Source: an uncultured delta proteobacterium
Lineage (GTDB): Bacteria > Desulfobacterota > Desulfomonilia > UBA1062
Length of the DNA: 64,000 nt
Reading direction: 5' to 3'
Assembly (NCBI GenBank): GCA_963785235.1
Contig: CAWAUM010000011.1
Location: 96,001-160,000, forward strand
This document shows positions 43,493 through 53,939 of this stretch, in pieces; within the stretch, counting starts at the first letter, position 1; the number at the start of each line of letters is the position of its first letter. The position numbers and the translations under genes were made by a program. The notes under the pieces are model-generated. The model was not told where the DNA came from. It ran no database searches and was given only the letters and a program-made list of their open reading frames with translations.

Positions 43493-45117
43493 AGATAACC
43501 ATCGCGCGCCATGCAGGTTTCTGCTTCGGTGTCCGCAGGGCCATCGATATCACCTTCAAGGTCAGGCAGAAAGATCCCGGGAAGAAGATATACACACTCG
43601 GGCAGATCATCCACAATCCCCAGGTCATCGAGGCACTTACCAAGCGGGGAATAGGGATAGTCCACGACATCAACGACCCGAAGCTGCACCCCGGTGACAT
43701 CGCCATCGTGCGCGCCCACGGAATCTCACCCGATAAAAAGGCGGCACTGACTGATCGCGGCGTGGAGGTCATCGATGCAGCATGCCCCATGGTGCTCAAG
43801 CTGCATACGGTTATCAAGAAGGCCACCAAGACTGCAGACCTCATCGCCATAGTGGGTGACAAGGACCACCCTGAGATGGACGCCCATATGGGTGTGGCAG
43901 GCAGCAAGGGGATAATCATCGAGACCGCCCAAGACGCGAGGCAGGTCCCCCGGGTGAAGAGGCTTGCAGTCGTGGCTCAGACGACCTTTGATGTAGCACT
44001 GTATAAGGAAATCATCGATATCCTGCGGGACAAGACTGAAATCCTGGACGTGTCGGACACAATCTGCCGTTCCACCGTTGACCGCCAGAGCGAGGTGATG
44101 GACCTGGCGAAAGACCATGACACCTTCATCGTCATAGGCGGCAGGACATCGGCCAACACCAAACGCCTGGCCGAGATCGCGGCCAAAGAAAACCGTTATG
44201 TCATCAAGATCGAATCACCGGAGCAGCTCAAGGACATCAACCGCTCCAAGATGAATAAGATCGCAGTCATAGCCGGTGCGTCAACGCCTCACTGGGTAAT
44301 CGAGGAATGCATCGATGCGCTCAAGAACATTCATGCGTCATCCGGCATCGAGAACGCCCTGATGGACACCTTTGCCGAGTCGCCGCTCATGCCCTCGCTG
44401 GGTTGCCTCGGTACAGCCATGATTGCACTTGTATTCTGTGGCCAGACATACCGGTGGGATGTTCTTTTGGCCGTCTTCTTCCTTGCATTCTCTTCAACTG
44501 CACGCACAAAGAGGCCGAGGCAGTGGCCTACATGGGCCATTTCCACGGGCATTGCCATTTCCATCAGCCTTATGTCGAACGAATTAACAGGCGCCCTTGT
44601 AATCGTCGGCGCCTCGCTGCTGCGTCCCCTGGTGGATGTAGCAGGGGTACAGGATTACCTCAAGAGCCTATTGGGCGCTGTTATTTTTATCCTGATTGCA
44701 ATCGTGGTGCCCTTGACGCTGACCCGCACTGCCGTCCAGCCCAATATTGCCCTGCTTACGGCCTATGTAGCAACCCACTACCTCACGGCCGAGGTCCTGC
44801 TGGGGCTCAAGAACATGGAGAAGGACGCCATTATGGGCCGTATGAGCCTTGCCAGGTACATCAATGAGGACAAGGCCACCATGCTGCTGGAATATACCAT
44901 CATGGGTCTGTCCCTGCTGCTTTTCCTGAGCTTCCCCCTGAAGGTCGCCCCAGCCCTGGCATATGGCTTGCTGCCGCCGCTGTTCTTCCTGGCCAAGGGC
45001 ATAGACTTCTATACCGAGCAGACTATCTTTGACAACAGGATGTACACTATCTACATAATGGGTCTGTGGGTCATTGTCCCGGCTATGGGCCTGCTGTGGC
45101 TGGCAACCATGATGTAG
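43489..45117 (+). CDS. ispH: HMBPP reductase IspH fused to a multi-TM UbiA-like domain
   Basis: AGFCFGV, DAACP, DTIC, QTT, SANT and AGASTP, followed by about 260 aa of hydrophobic sequence. Confidence 0.9.
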   Translation: MKITIARHAGFCFGVRRAIDITFKVRQKDPGKKIYTLGQIIHNPQVIEALTKRGIGIVHDINDPKLHPGDIAIVRAHGISPDKKAALTDRGVEVIDAACPMVLKLHTVIKKATKTADLIAIVGDKDHPEMDAHMGVAGSKGIIIETAQDARQVPRVKRLAVVAQTTFDVALYKEIIDILRDKTEILDVSDTICRSTVDRQSEVMDLAKDHDTFIVIGGRTSANTKRLAEIAAKENRYVIKIESPEQLKDINRSKMNKIAVIAGASTPHWVIEECIDALKNIHASSGIENALMDTFAESPLMPSLGCLGTAMIALVFCGQTYRWDVLLAVFFLAFSSTARTKRPRQWPTWAISTGIAISISLMSNELTGALVIVGASLLRPLVDVAGVQDYLKSLLGAVIFILIAIVVPLTLTRTAVQPNIALLTAYVATHYLTAEVLLGLKNMEKDAIMGRMSLARYINEDKATMLLEYTIMGLSLLLFLSFPLKVAPALAYGLLPPLFFLAKGIDFYTEQTIFDNRMYTIYIMGLWVIVPAMGLLWLATMM

Positions 45118-45149
45118 GGGCCTGGCACCTGCGTGCAGGTATTAGTTTG

Positions 45150-45419
45150 TCAGCTCTTTTTACAGCTTGATTCATGCATATGCAGCCATTCATCAATATC
45201 CTTGTTTCCGATACAGGCAGATGCCTCTTTACACCAGGCCAGACAAGTATTCTGAACTCCGGCATTCGTGTTTCTGGCTCCACAGCCAGGGCAGACAAGG
45301 AATACATCATCTTTCCAGAACTCAATATCAGTCCCGCAGGCACTACATTTCTGCGAACAGATATCCTCCGGCTTGAAATAGGCAGGATCCATTCCAGGGC
45401 ATCGTTTCTTCACTGACAT
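45150..45419 (-). CDS. Small Cys-rich metal-binding protein
   Basis: CPG...CSACG.DIEFWKD...CPGCG...CLAWC..A..CIG. Confidence 0.75.
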   Translation of the reverse strand: MSVKKRCPGMDPAYFKPEDICSQKCSACGTDIEFWKDDVFLVCPGCGARNTNAGVQNTCLAWCKEASACIGNKDIDEWLHMHESSCKKS

Positions 45420-45510
45420 AGCCTTCTTTTGTTAGGAAGGTACTGACACCGTTTGTATGTGCCCGTCCGCAGCCAGGAGTGACCACGGACAGGCACATGG
45501 GGTGGTTTGC

Positions 45511-47315
45511 TTACTTTTTATACAGGGCCTCGATCCGGTCATTATATTTTTCCATGATAACCCGGCGTTTGAGCTTCATGGTCTGGGTCAGCATCCCGTT
45601 TTCCAGGGTGAAGGGATCAGACAGGAAAAGGTATTTCCTCGGGATCTCATAGCCGCCGTACTTTTTCTTCAGGTTATCGTTGATTTCACCCGTAATCATC
45701 TTCTGTACATCTTCCCTGGCTACAAGGGTCTTCATATCCGTGGGCAGGTTGTTCTTTTGTGCGTAGACCTCAAGGGCGACGAAGTCCGGCACGATCATGC
45801 AGACATTGTATTCCCTTCCGGCGCCGTAGATCAGTGCGCTCTGGACGTAATGGTTGAGGCAGATGTCCTCCTCCAGGGCTGCGGGGAAGACATACTTGCC
45901 GTTTTCCAGCTTGAACTGTTCCTTGATGCGGCCTGTGATCCACAGGAAGCCGTCCTCGTCGAGGCGGCCACGGTCGCCTGTCCTGATGCCGCCGTCTGGC
46001 GTCATGATCTCTTTTGTCGCCTCGGGCTTATTGTGGTAGCCCTTCATGACATTGGGACCGTAGCAGACGATTTCCCCGTCTTTTGCCCCCGGCTCCACAA
46101 CGGACTGATCGATGACGACCTTGACCTTATCCATGGCGGGCCCGACGCTGCCGATCCGGAATTTGCTGGAATTGTTCATAGTGATGCCCGGGGTGGTTTC
46201 CGACAGTCCATAGGCATCGAAGAGGGGGATTCCGATATCGTAGAAGAACCTGGAGATATCGGGATTCATGGCGGCGCTGCCCGTCAGGGAGCCTTTCAGC
46301 CTGCCGCCGAAGAGGTCCCGGATCTTCTGGAAGACGATTTTGTTGATGAGGTTGAATTTGAGGTTCGCCAGGAAGCTCGATTTTCCCTGCTCGGCAAGAC
46401 GGCGTTTTTCTTTGGCCGCTTCCACGCCCGCGTCGAAGAGCTTTTTTTTAGCGCCGCCGGCTTCGTTCACCTTCGTGACGATCGTATCATAGACCTTGTT
46501 GAAAATGCGGGGTACGGCGATCAGGAAGGTCGGCCGTACCTTGGCCATATCCTGACACGACGGTGGCCACGCTGTCCATGAAACCCAGGGAGCCGCCAAT
46601 GGCCGTAAAGGTATGCAGTTCGCCGAGGCCGAAGCATGTGCCCAGGGAAGAAGGGACAGGTGACCGGTCATCGGAGTTGAAGCTCAGGGTAAGCCACTAT
46701 CCGCGCATGATGGTTGCTCGTCCAGTTGCCGTGCATCAGGAGAACGCCTTTGGGGTCTCCCGTCGTTCCCGAGGTATAGATCAGAACGGCCACGTCTTCC
46801 GGTTTCGGATAGATGGCCTTGAACGGGTTCTTTTCGCCGATGCGCTCCAGTTCAGCCATGGTGGCTTTCCCATCACCCTGCATGACGAAAGATTTTCTCC
46901 AGGGTGGGAATCCGTGACGGGAAATCTTTGACTTTTTCATAGATCTCCGGTTTTGAAACGAAGAGGATCTTTGCGGCGCTGTCCTTGATGATGTATTCCC
47001 AGACATGGGTCAATTCCGCCTCGTACATGGGAACATAGACCGCCCCGAGACCGGCGACGGCAAAGTGGCCGACAGCCCAGTCGACGCTGTTGTTGCAGAT
47101 GATGCCGACGGCGTCGCCCTGCTTGACGCCGAGACTGGCCAGTCCACCCCGCAGGTTATCGACACGGCGGCCGATCTCCCGGTAAGTGACCCACTCATAT
47201 TCACCCTGCTTGTTTTTCGTCCCGAGATACGGTCTCTGTCAGCATACTTCTTCACACTGTTCTCAAAGAGCTCTACGAGATTGTCCGGTTTTTCAAGTTG
47301 ATACTTTTCAAACAT
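45511..47315 (-). CDS. fadD: Long-chain fatty acyl-CoA synthetase (multiple frameshifts)
   Basis: Motifs [28 protein letters not shown] and TMKLKRR. Confidence 0.85.
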
Positions 47316-47613
47316 GATTAGTTCCTTTCCTTTTTTTAGAATTTGGGGTGGTCCATTCCTTGTTTGTCCCGTTTAAATGGCGGTTGGGCGCCATGCCAAA
47401 CAACTATGATCCATAGTGTGTTTATCTTTTGCGCGATAAAAGCACTAAAATGGATACACTATTACTTCGAGAAAGGGAAGACCTGGGAAACTCTTAACAC
47501 AGATTGCATATGGAAATGCCTGGCGATTTAGCCTATGAATGCATGGATAAGTCCGTTTAAGAATGAAGGAACGGGTACGCCGGTAAATGTCATAAAGGGA
47601 GAAACGGATCCGC

Positions 47614-48548
47614 ATGTCTGAGAGGAAGCTCATCGTCTTAGGGACTGCAAGCCAGGTGCCTGGCCGCACCAGGAACCAGAACGGCTATGTTGTCCGCTTC
47701 GATGATGAGGGGTATCTCTTCGACCCGGGGAGGGCACCCAGAGGCAGATGATACTGGCCGGTGTTTCGGTAACAGAGATCACGAAGATATTCATCACCCA
47801 TTTCCATGGCGATCACTGCCTGGGGCTGGCTGGAATAATCCAGCGCATATCCCTTGACCGTGTCCTGCATGAGGTCCATATCTATTATCCCGCTTCGGGG
47901 CAGGTCTATTACGAGCACCTGAGGGACTCATGTCTTTTCCATAATTCCGCCCGTCTTCAGGGTCACCCGATTTTTGCCAGTGGAGTAATCTTTGAGGATG
48001 AAAGGGTTACCATCGAGGCGAAAAGTCTCGATCATGTTGTTGATTGCTTCGGTTACCGCATACAGGAAAAGGACTCCTTCACGCTTGACCCTCAAAGGCT
48101 GATACTCGAAGGCATCAGGGACAAGGATGCAGGGAGGCTGAAGGCCTCAGGCACACTTGACATCAACGGGAAGACGGTCTGTATTGCGGATGTGGGTGTT
48201 GCCCGTCCGGGTCAGTGTTTTGCCTTTGTGATGGATACCAGGGTGTGCGCAGCGGCATACGGGCTCGCACAAGGGGCCGACCTTTGTGTCATGGAGGCCA
48301 CCTTTCTGACGGATATGGAACAGGCTGCCCATGAGTATGGCCATCTCACTGCAACCCAGGCGGCACTGATAGCCCGTGATGCAGGGGTGAAGAAACTCGT
48401 GCTCTCACATTATTCCCAGCGATACAGCTCTACCCAAGAATTCGTTCGTGAGGCATCTGTTCATCACAGCGATGTTATTGTTGCCGTAGATGGCCAGACC
48501 ATCCCTTTCCCCACGAGGAAGCGGGCGCTTCAGGTGAATCAGGCCTAA
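47614..48548 (+). CDS. rnz: Ribonuclease Z (frameshift near 47730)
   Basis: Motifs [37 protein letters not shown] and SHYSQRY. Confidence 0.9.
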
Positions 48549-48553
48549 GTTTT

Positions 48554-49474
48554 TCAAGGGTTTTCCGGATAGACCTCTTCTTCCTCCTCAATAAATCTTT
48601 TTCTCCTGATTCGATAGCGCACATAACCAGCCACAGTGGCAAGGGCGGCAAGGAAGAAGATGATGGAATAGATATTGCCCATGATGAATACCAGCAGGGT
48701 GGACCATGTCCTGATGCTTTGCCGCCAATCCTTTTCAAGCTCGGGTAGGGATGTGCCCAGTGATATCATGATTGCGTCGGGTATCGGCTTCCCGTTCTTC
48801 AGGGCCGTGAGGATATTGGTGATGCCGTTTTTTCCGTACCGGAAGACGATGTAATCAACGATGCTCCTGCTCTGTTCATAGGCCAGGACAAGGCCAGGTT
48901 CGTCCTGCGGAAAACCATTATCCATGGCCTTCAGGGTCATAAGGCCCCCACTGATGGTGGCCCACCTCAGGGAAGATTCCCTCTTTTCCGAGAACAGTTC
49001 GGCAAAGCCCCCGCTTACCCACTGAGACACCCCCTCGTCCAGCCAGCGGGGTAGATTTTGTATATGACGGTGGAGCAGAAGGTGGCAGAGCTCATGCTTG
49101 AGGATGGTCCGCATGCTGAAGGGGTCTTTGCTGGAGCGTGCATAATCAATGACCATGAGCATCTTATCCGGCACGGCATAGGCTACAATCAACCGGTTGC
49201 CGACTATCTGCTCGAATGCAGCCTCGTTTGAGACCAGGATGATTGCAGGGCGGAAATCCACAGGAAACCCCAATGTCAGCTCGAGCTCTTTTTTTACTGT
49301 TGGAAATAACCCTGCAATCTCTTGTGCAGGACCTGCCAGTGGTTGTTCATAAAAAATAGTGGCATCTTTCGTGTCTAGTGTCTTAAGCTGTCCAGCTTGT
49401 ACAGGATTCGTGAATATGAGAAACTGAGCCAAGCAGATACCAAGGGCAATAAACAAGAGCCGATGATGGGTCAT
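48554..49474 (-). CDS. Peptidase MA-like metallopeptidase with C-terminal TM
   Basis: LKHELCH...PRWLDEG and AYEQS; N-terminal signal peptide; start uncertain. Confidence 0.8.
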   Translation of the reverse strand: MTHHRLLFIALGICLAQFLIFTNPVQAGQLKTLDTKDATIFYEQPLAGPAQEIAGLFPTVKKELELTLGFPVDFRPAIILVSNEAAFEQIVGNRLIVAYAVPDKMLMVIDYARSSKDPFSMRTILKHELCHLLLHRHIQNLPRWLDEGVSQWVSGGFAELFSEKRESSLRWATISGGLMTLKAMDNGFPQDEPGLVLAYEQSRSIVDYIVFRYGKNGITNILTALKNGKPIPDAIMISLGTSLPELEKDWRQSIRTWSTLLVFIMGNIYSIIFFLAALATVAGYVRYRIRRKRFIEEEEEVYPENP

Positions 49475-49581
49475 CACAGACAGGAAAAAATTGTATACGT
49501 GATGGGTTGCCGTAGGCATGCAGTGCCTTATAGCATACAATGACCTGGAAAGGTCTCCCATGTGCTGATAAGAGGGTTTCC

Positions 49582-50151
49582 ATGATGAGGGCTATGGTTT
49601 TTTCTCTCGATGGGGTTGGAGATGTGCTCGTGGAGCACAGCACCAGGGCGCGAAGGGTGAGCATCTCAGTCAGACCGGGCAGTGTGAGAGTAGCCGTGCC
49701 ATTGGGTGTGGCCCTTGTACGCGGCCAGAAATTCGCACTTTCCAAAAAGGATTGGATCAAGATCCACTGCAACCGAATGGAATTAGTATCCAGGTCCCGT
49801 TCCGAGACAGCCTGCAATCTGCCTCCTATCATGGATTCTGCAGCAGCCCGCAGTAAGATCATTTCCCGCCTTGATGAGCTTTCAAAAAAGTATTTTCTGC
49901 CTTATGCAGGTGTCACGGTACGTAACCAGAAGACCCGTTGGGGGAGCTGCAGCATACGGAATACCATCAGCCTCAATATCAATCTGGCAAGACTGCCTAG
50001 TAAGCTTATGGACTATGTGATAATTCACGAACTGCTCCATACCAAAGTCCGGGGCCATGGTGACGTATTCTGGCAAAGACTCGACATGCTTCTTGGTGAT
50101 GCGCGAGGGCTGCGTGGTGAGCTCAGAAAATATTCCTCAGCACTGATATAA
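49582..50151 (+). CDS. YgjP/DUF45 family metal-dependent hydrolase
   Basis: QKTRWGSCS and DYVIIHELLH...H...FW. Confidence 0.88.
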   Translation: MMRAMVFSLDGVGDVLVEHSTRARRVSISVRPGSVRVAVPLGVALVRGQKFALSKKDWIKIHCNRMELVSRSRSETACNLPPIMDSAAARSKIISRLDELSKKYFLPYAGVTVRNQKTRWGSCSIRNTISLNINLARLPSKLMDYVIIHELLHTKVRGHGDVFWQRLDMLLGDARGLRGELRKYSSALI

Positions 50152-50265
50152 GTTGCGGATATAAGTTTCGGCAGAGGCAATGCCCCCTCAATAGACCGAT
50201 ATGATTTCATAAAACTACGAGTTGCCCTGCTGTGACAAGGCCTGGCAGGCAATGCACTATACCGT

Positions 50266-50292
50266 TAAGTTTAGATGGATAAAGTCCGATAG
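50266..50292 (+). promoter_or_regulatory. Sigma28 (FliA)-like promoter
   Basis: TAAG-N15-TCCGATAG upstream of MCP1. Confidence 0.55.
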
Positions 50293-50363
50293 AAAAATCA
50301 TCACAAGACCATAACATTCACATCCCGGGAAAGTTACATAAGGGAAACGAGTAGGGGGCATCC

Positions 50364-52007
50364 ATGAAAGAAAGTTCCAAGATCTTATTTCACAAGCCGT
50401 TTATGTACCAGGAAACAGTGACTGCTATAGTCCTCATACCCTTAGTATATATTCTCTTTATGAAATCGATTCCCCAGTTCAATGACCATCTCATTTTAGC
50501 GGCAATCTATGCCTCAACTACCGGCGCTGTGGGCTTTCTTATGGGCTTTTTTGTTAAGTATCTGCTCGTCCGTCCGGCCATCGAATTGATGGACAAGGAC
50601 TCTTATACGCCGGCAGAATTGCAGCGCGCAGTAAGGTCGGTATCAATCCTCCCGCTTGCTGAGGCCATTGTTGTTTTTTTCAGGTGGTCCATCCTTGCAA
50701 TAATCTTATGTGTAACCCCGTTCTATCTCAAAGGCTATATAACTCTGACACAGGCTATCTTTGGCTGTAATGCCCTCATCATGACAGCCATGTCCATTAC
50801 GCCATTCTTCTATCTCGCATCTGAGAACAGCCTTGTGCCTTTCTACCAGAACTGCAAGCTGAAAGGGATCCTTGATAAAGATCTGAAACTGTTCAGCTTG
50901 GGCCTCAACCAGAAGCTCCTTATTACCATCCTCCTGATTGCCATTTCTCCCATCGGCAACCTTCTCGGCCTCATCTATCTTTCAATCTTTTCCGGGCTTC
51001 ATCTGGAATCCGTGCAGTTAGGATTCTTCCTTATTTTGATTCAGACCATTGTCATGACAATCCTGAATAGCTTCCTGCTCATGAAGAGCCTGTCATTGTC
51101 CGTGGGGAGGATGTCCGTCATGTTCGAAGATATGGCCCAGGGGGAGGGCGACCTCACCAAACGCCTCCATGTGACAGGCTTAAGCGAGGTCGGCAGGCTT
51201 GCCTTCTGGTTCAACGAATTCATGGATGACATCGAACGGATTGTCGGGCATGTCAGGGATACCTCCCTCGAGCTTCACCAGGCCATCCAAGAGGTAAGCG
51301 TAGGTTCTCAGGACCTGTCCCAGGCGACCCAGGAGCAGGCGGCCTCGGTGGAGGAGATCTCGGCATCCATCGAGGAGATGAACGGGACAGTGCTGCACAA
51401 TGCAGACCTGATCCGGGAGGGGCAGGACACGTCGAATGCCATCACCAAGCTCATAGGCCACAGCAAGCAGGTGTTTGCGGACCTGATGAAGGCGATCCAG
51501 GGGATCTCGCTCGACTCCAAGAAGATCGGTGACATCGTGCTGACGGTGAACGAGGTGGCCTTCCATACGAACCTTCTGGCGCTCAATGCCTCGGTGGAGG
51601 CGGCCCGTGCGGGAGAGCACGGGAAGGGTTTTGCCGTGGTGGCGGGCGAGGTACGCTCGCTTGCCCAGCGCTCCGCCGGAGCGGCAAGCGAGATCAAGGC
51701 GCTCATCGAAGGCACGGTGGGCCGGATCAAGAACGGTGATGAGATGATGGCCAAGACGTCGTCCTCATTGGAAGAGCTCATGAGCCGCATGGAATTCTTT
51801 TTCAGGATGATGGAGGTGATCGGCACGTCGAGCACGGAACAGACGCAGAACATCGGTGAGCTGAGCCGGGCCATATCTCAGATAGACGGGTCCACGCAGC
51901 ACAACGCTTCGACGGTTGAAGAGCTGGCGAGCACCCTGGACAACCTGCGCACCGTGGCAACAGTTCTTGCCGAGGACGTCCAGAAGTTCAAGACATCGCA
52001 GGGCTGA
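50364..52007 (+). CDS. Methyl-accepting chemotaxis protein 1 (multi-TM sensor, HAMP)
   Basis: GDLTKRL HAMP; hairpin VAFHTNLLALNASVEAARAGEHGKGFAVVAGEVR. Confidence 0.95.
   Translation: MKESSKILFHKPFMYQETVTAIVLIPLVYILFMKSIPQFNDHLILAAIYASTTGAVGFLMGFFVKYLLVRPAIELMDKDSYTPAELQRAVRSVSILPLAEAIVVFFRWSILAIILCVTPFYLKGYITLTQAIFGCNALIMTAMSITPFFYLASENSLVPFYQNCKLKGILDKDLKLFSLGLNQKLLITILLIAISPIGNLLGLIYLSIFSGLHLESVQLGFFLILIQTIVMTILNSFLLMKSLSLSVGRMSVMFEDMAQGEGDLTKRLHVTGLSEVGRLAFWFNEFMDDIERIVGHVRDTSLELHQAIQEVSVGSQDLSQATQEQAASVEEISASIEEMNGTVLHNADLIREGQDTSNAITKLIGHSKQVFADLMKAIQGISLDSKKIGDIVLTVNEVAFHTNLLALNASVEAARAGEHGKGFAVVAGEVRSLAQRSAGAASEIKALIEGTVGRIKNGDEMMAKTSSSLEELMSRMEFFFRMMEVIGTSSTEQTQNIGELSRAISQIDGSTQHNASTVEELASTLDNLRTVATVLAEDVQKFKTSQG
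51309..51999 (+). repeat. Near-identical ~690-bp direct repeat, copy 1 (MCP signalling domain)
   Basis: Matches 53184-53874 at offset 1875 with mostly synonymous differences. Confidence 0.9.
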
Positions 52008-52155
52008 TATTCGTATTCCGATACAGCGAGGTCAGGAGGCCCGTTGTCTCTTAGGATTTGTACGGATAAAGTTCTTTATGTAGGTATATCCCGGTTTGCT
52101 TCAGCGCTTTGATTTTCTTGTGCCTCTACCACGTTGCTATCTGCATGCCTGCAAT

Positions 52156-52183
52156 TAAATTTTCAAAATAAATAGGCCGATAA
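52156..52183 (+). promoter_or_regulatory. Sigma28 (FliA)-like promoter
   Basis: TAAA-N16-GCCGATAA upstream of MCP2. Confidence 0.6.
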
Positions 52184-52238
52184 GCAGACATATGATTTGA
52201 AGTCTCACTTGGTGAATAAGCTATAGGTGGGTGGTGCG

Positions 52239-53885
52239 ATGAAAGAAAGTACAAAGGTTTTGTTCCTCCGGCCATTGTTGTTCCAGGAGTCGATAACAGC
52301 TATTATCGTCGTCCCCATGCTCCTGGTCTTTTTCCTGAACGTTTCGGCAGGGGTGAAAAACCACTTTCTCGCAGCTGCCATGGGCGGATTGAATGCAGCG
52401 AATCTAGGCCTCTTATTAGGGGTTATGGTCAAGTATTTCCTCGTCCGGCCCGCCATTGAGGTAATGGATAAGGGCAATGCCAAGCCGGAAGAGGTGCAGA
52501 GAGCTATCCGTTCCATCTCCATCCTTCCCCTGGTAGAGGCGATTACCGTATTCTTGAGGTTTGCCCTCTTAGGGAACCTCATTGCAGTGCTCCCCATGTA
52601 TCTGAAGGGGTATGTAAAATCCGCCGAAATATGGGCGGGGGTCAACGCCCTCATCATGACCGGACTCCTGGTCATACCGTTTTTCTACCTTGCCTCGGAG
52701 AACAGTCTGGTGCCGTTCTACCAGAGATTCAACATGAAGGGTATACTGGACGGCACCATGAAGATCTTCAGGTTGAGTCTCAATCAGAAGCTTCTCATGA
52801 CCATCCTCCTCATTGCAATCCCCCCGATCGGGCTTCTCCTGGGAATCATCTACCTCTCCATGGCCACGGGGTTAGACATGGCCGCCATGCAGTTCGGGTT
52901 CCTGCTCCTCCTTGCAGAGACAGCCCTCATGACGTTCATCAACGGCGGTCTGCTCATGAAGAGTCTGTCGCTCTCGGTTGGGAAGATGTCGCTCATGTTC
53001 GAGGACATGGCGCGTGGTCAAGGAGACCTGACCAAGCGCCTGCACGTGACCGGACTCAACGAGGTGGGGAGGCTTGCCTTCTGGTTTAATGTTTTCATGG
53101 AGGATCTCGAGCAGATAGTGGGACATGTGCGGGAGACCTCGCTGCAACTTCATGAAGCGATAAAGGATGTGAGTGTCGGATCGCAGGACCTGTCCCAGTC
53201 GACCCAGGAGCAGGCGGCCTCTGTGGAGGAGATTTCGGCGTCTATCGAGGAGATGAACAGTACGGTGCTGCACAATGCGGATATGATCCGGGAGGGGCAG
53301 GACACGTCGAATGCCATCACCAAGCTCATAGGCCACAGCAAGCAGGTGTTTGCGGACCTGATGAAGGCGATCCAGGGGATCTCGCTCGACTCCAAGAAGA
53401 TCGGGGACATCGTGCTGACGGTGAACGAGGTGGCCTTCCATACGAATCTTCTGGCCTTGAATGCCTCGGTGGAAGCGGCCAGGGCAGGAGAGCACGGGAA
53501 GGGTTTTGCGGTGGTTGCGGGCGAGGTACGTTCGCTTGCCCAGCGCTCCGCCGGAGCGGCAAGCGAGATCAAGGCGCTGATCGAAGGCACGGTGGGCCGG
53601 ATCAAGAACGGTGATGAGATGATGGCCAAGACGTCGTCCTCATTGGAAGAGCTCATGAGCCGCATGGAATTCTTTTTCAGGATGATGGAGGTGATCGGCA
53701 CGTCGAGCACGGAACAGACGCAGAACATCGGTGAGCTGAGCCGGGCCATATCGCAGATAGACGGGTCCACGCAGCACAACGCCTCGACGGTTGAAGAGCT
53801 GGCGAGCACCCTGGACAACCTGCGCACCATGGCGACAGTTCTCGCCGAGGACGTCCAGAAGTTCAAGACATCGCTTGATGAATGA
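52239..53885 (+). CDS. Methyl-accepting chemotaxis protein 2 (paralogue of MCP1)
   Basis: Same architecture; starts MKESTKVLF. Confidence 0.95.
   Translation: MKESTKVLFLRPLLFQESITAIIVVPMLLVFFLNVSAGVKNHFLAAAMGGLNAANLGLLLGVMVKYFLVRPAIEVMDKGNAKPEEVQRAIRSISILPLVEAITVFLRFALLGNLIAVLPMYLKGYVKSAEIWAGVNALIMTGLLVIPFFYLASENSLVPFYQRFNMKGILDGTMKIFRLSLNQKLLMTILLIAIPPIGLLLGIIYLSMATGLDMAAMQFGFLLLLAETALMTFINGGLLMKSLSLSVGKMSLMFEDMARGQGDLTKRLHVTGLNEVGRLAFWFNVFMEDLEQIVGHVRETSLQLHEAIKDVSVGSQDLSQSTQEQAASVEEISASIEEMNSTVLHNADMIREGQDTSNAITKLIGHSKQVFADLMKAIQGISLDSKKIGDIVLTVNEVAFHTNLLALNASVEAARAGEHGKGFAVVAGEVRSLAQRSAGAASEIKALIEGTVGRIKNGDEMMAKTSSSLEELMSRMEFFFRMMEVIGTSSTEQTQNIGELSRAISQIDGSTQHNASTVEELASTLDNLRTMATVLAEDVQKFKTSLDE
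53184..53874 (+). repeat. Near-identical ~690-bp direct repeat, copy 2
   Basis: Matches 51309-51999. Confidence 0.9.
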
Positions 53886-53939
53886 TTGAGGGTGGTTTCA
53901 GGTAGCCCTTATTGTCTTGCAGTTCATGGACTATGAAGC

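Noticed and set aside
45457-46581. 374-aa + strand ORF (and similar long antisense ORFs such as 37875-38825 and 21799-22620)
   Set aside because: They lie antisense to well-supported genes in GC-rich DNA and have no recognisable motifs.
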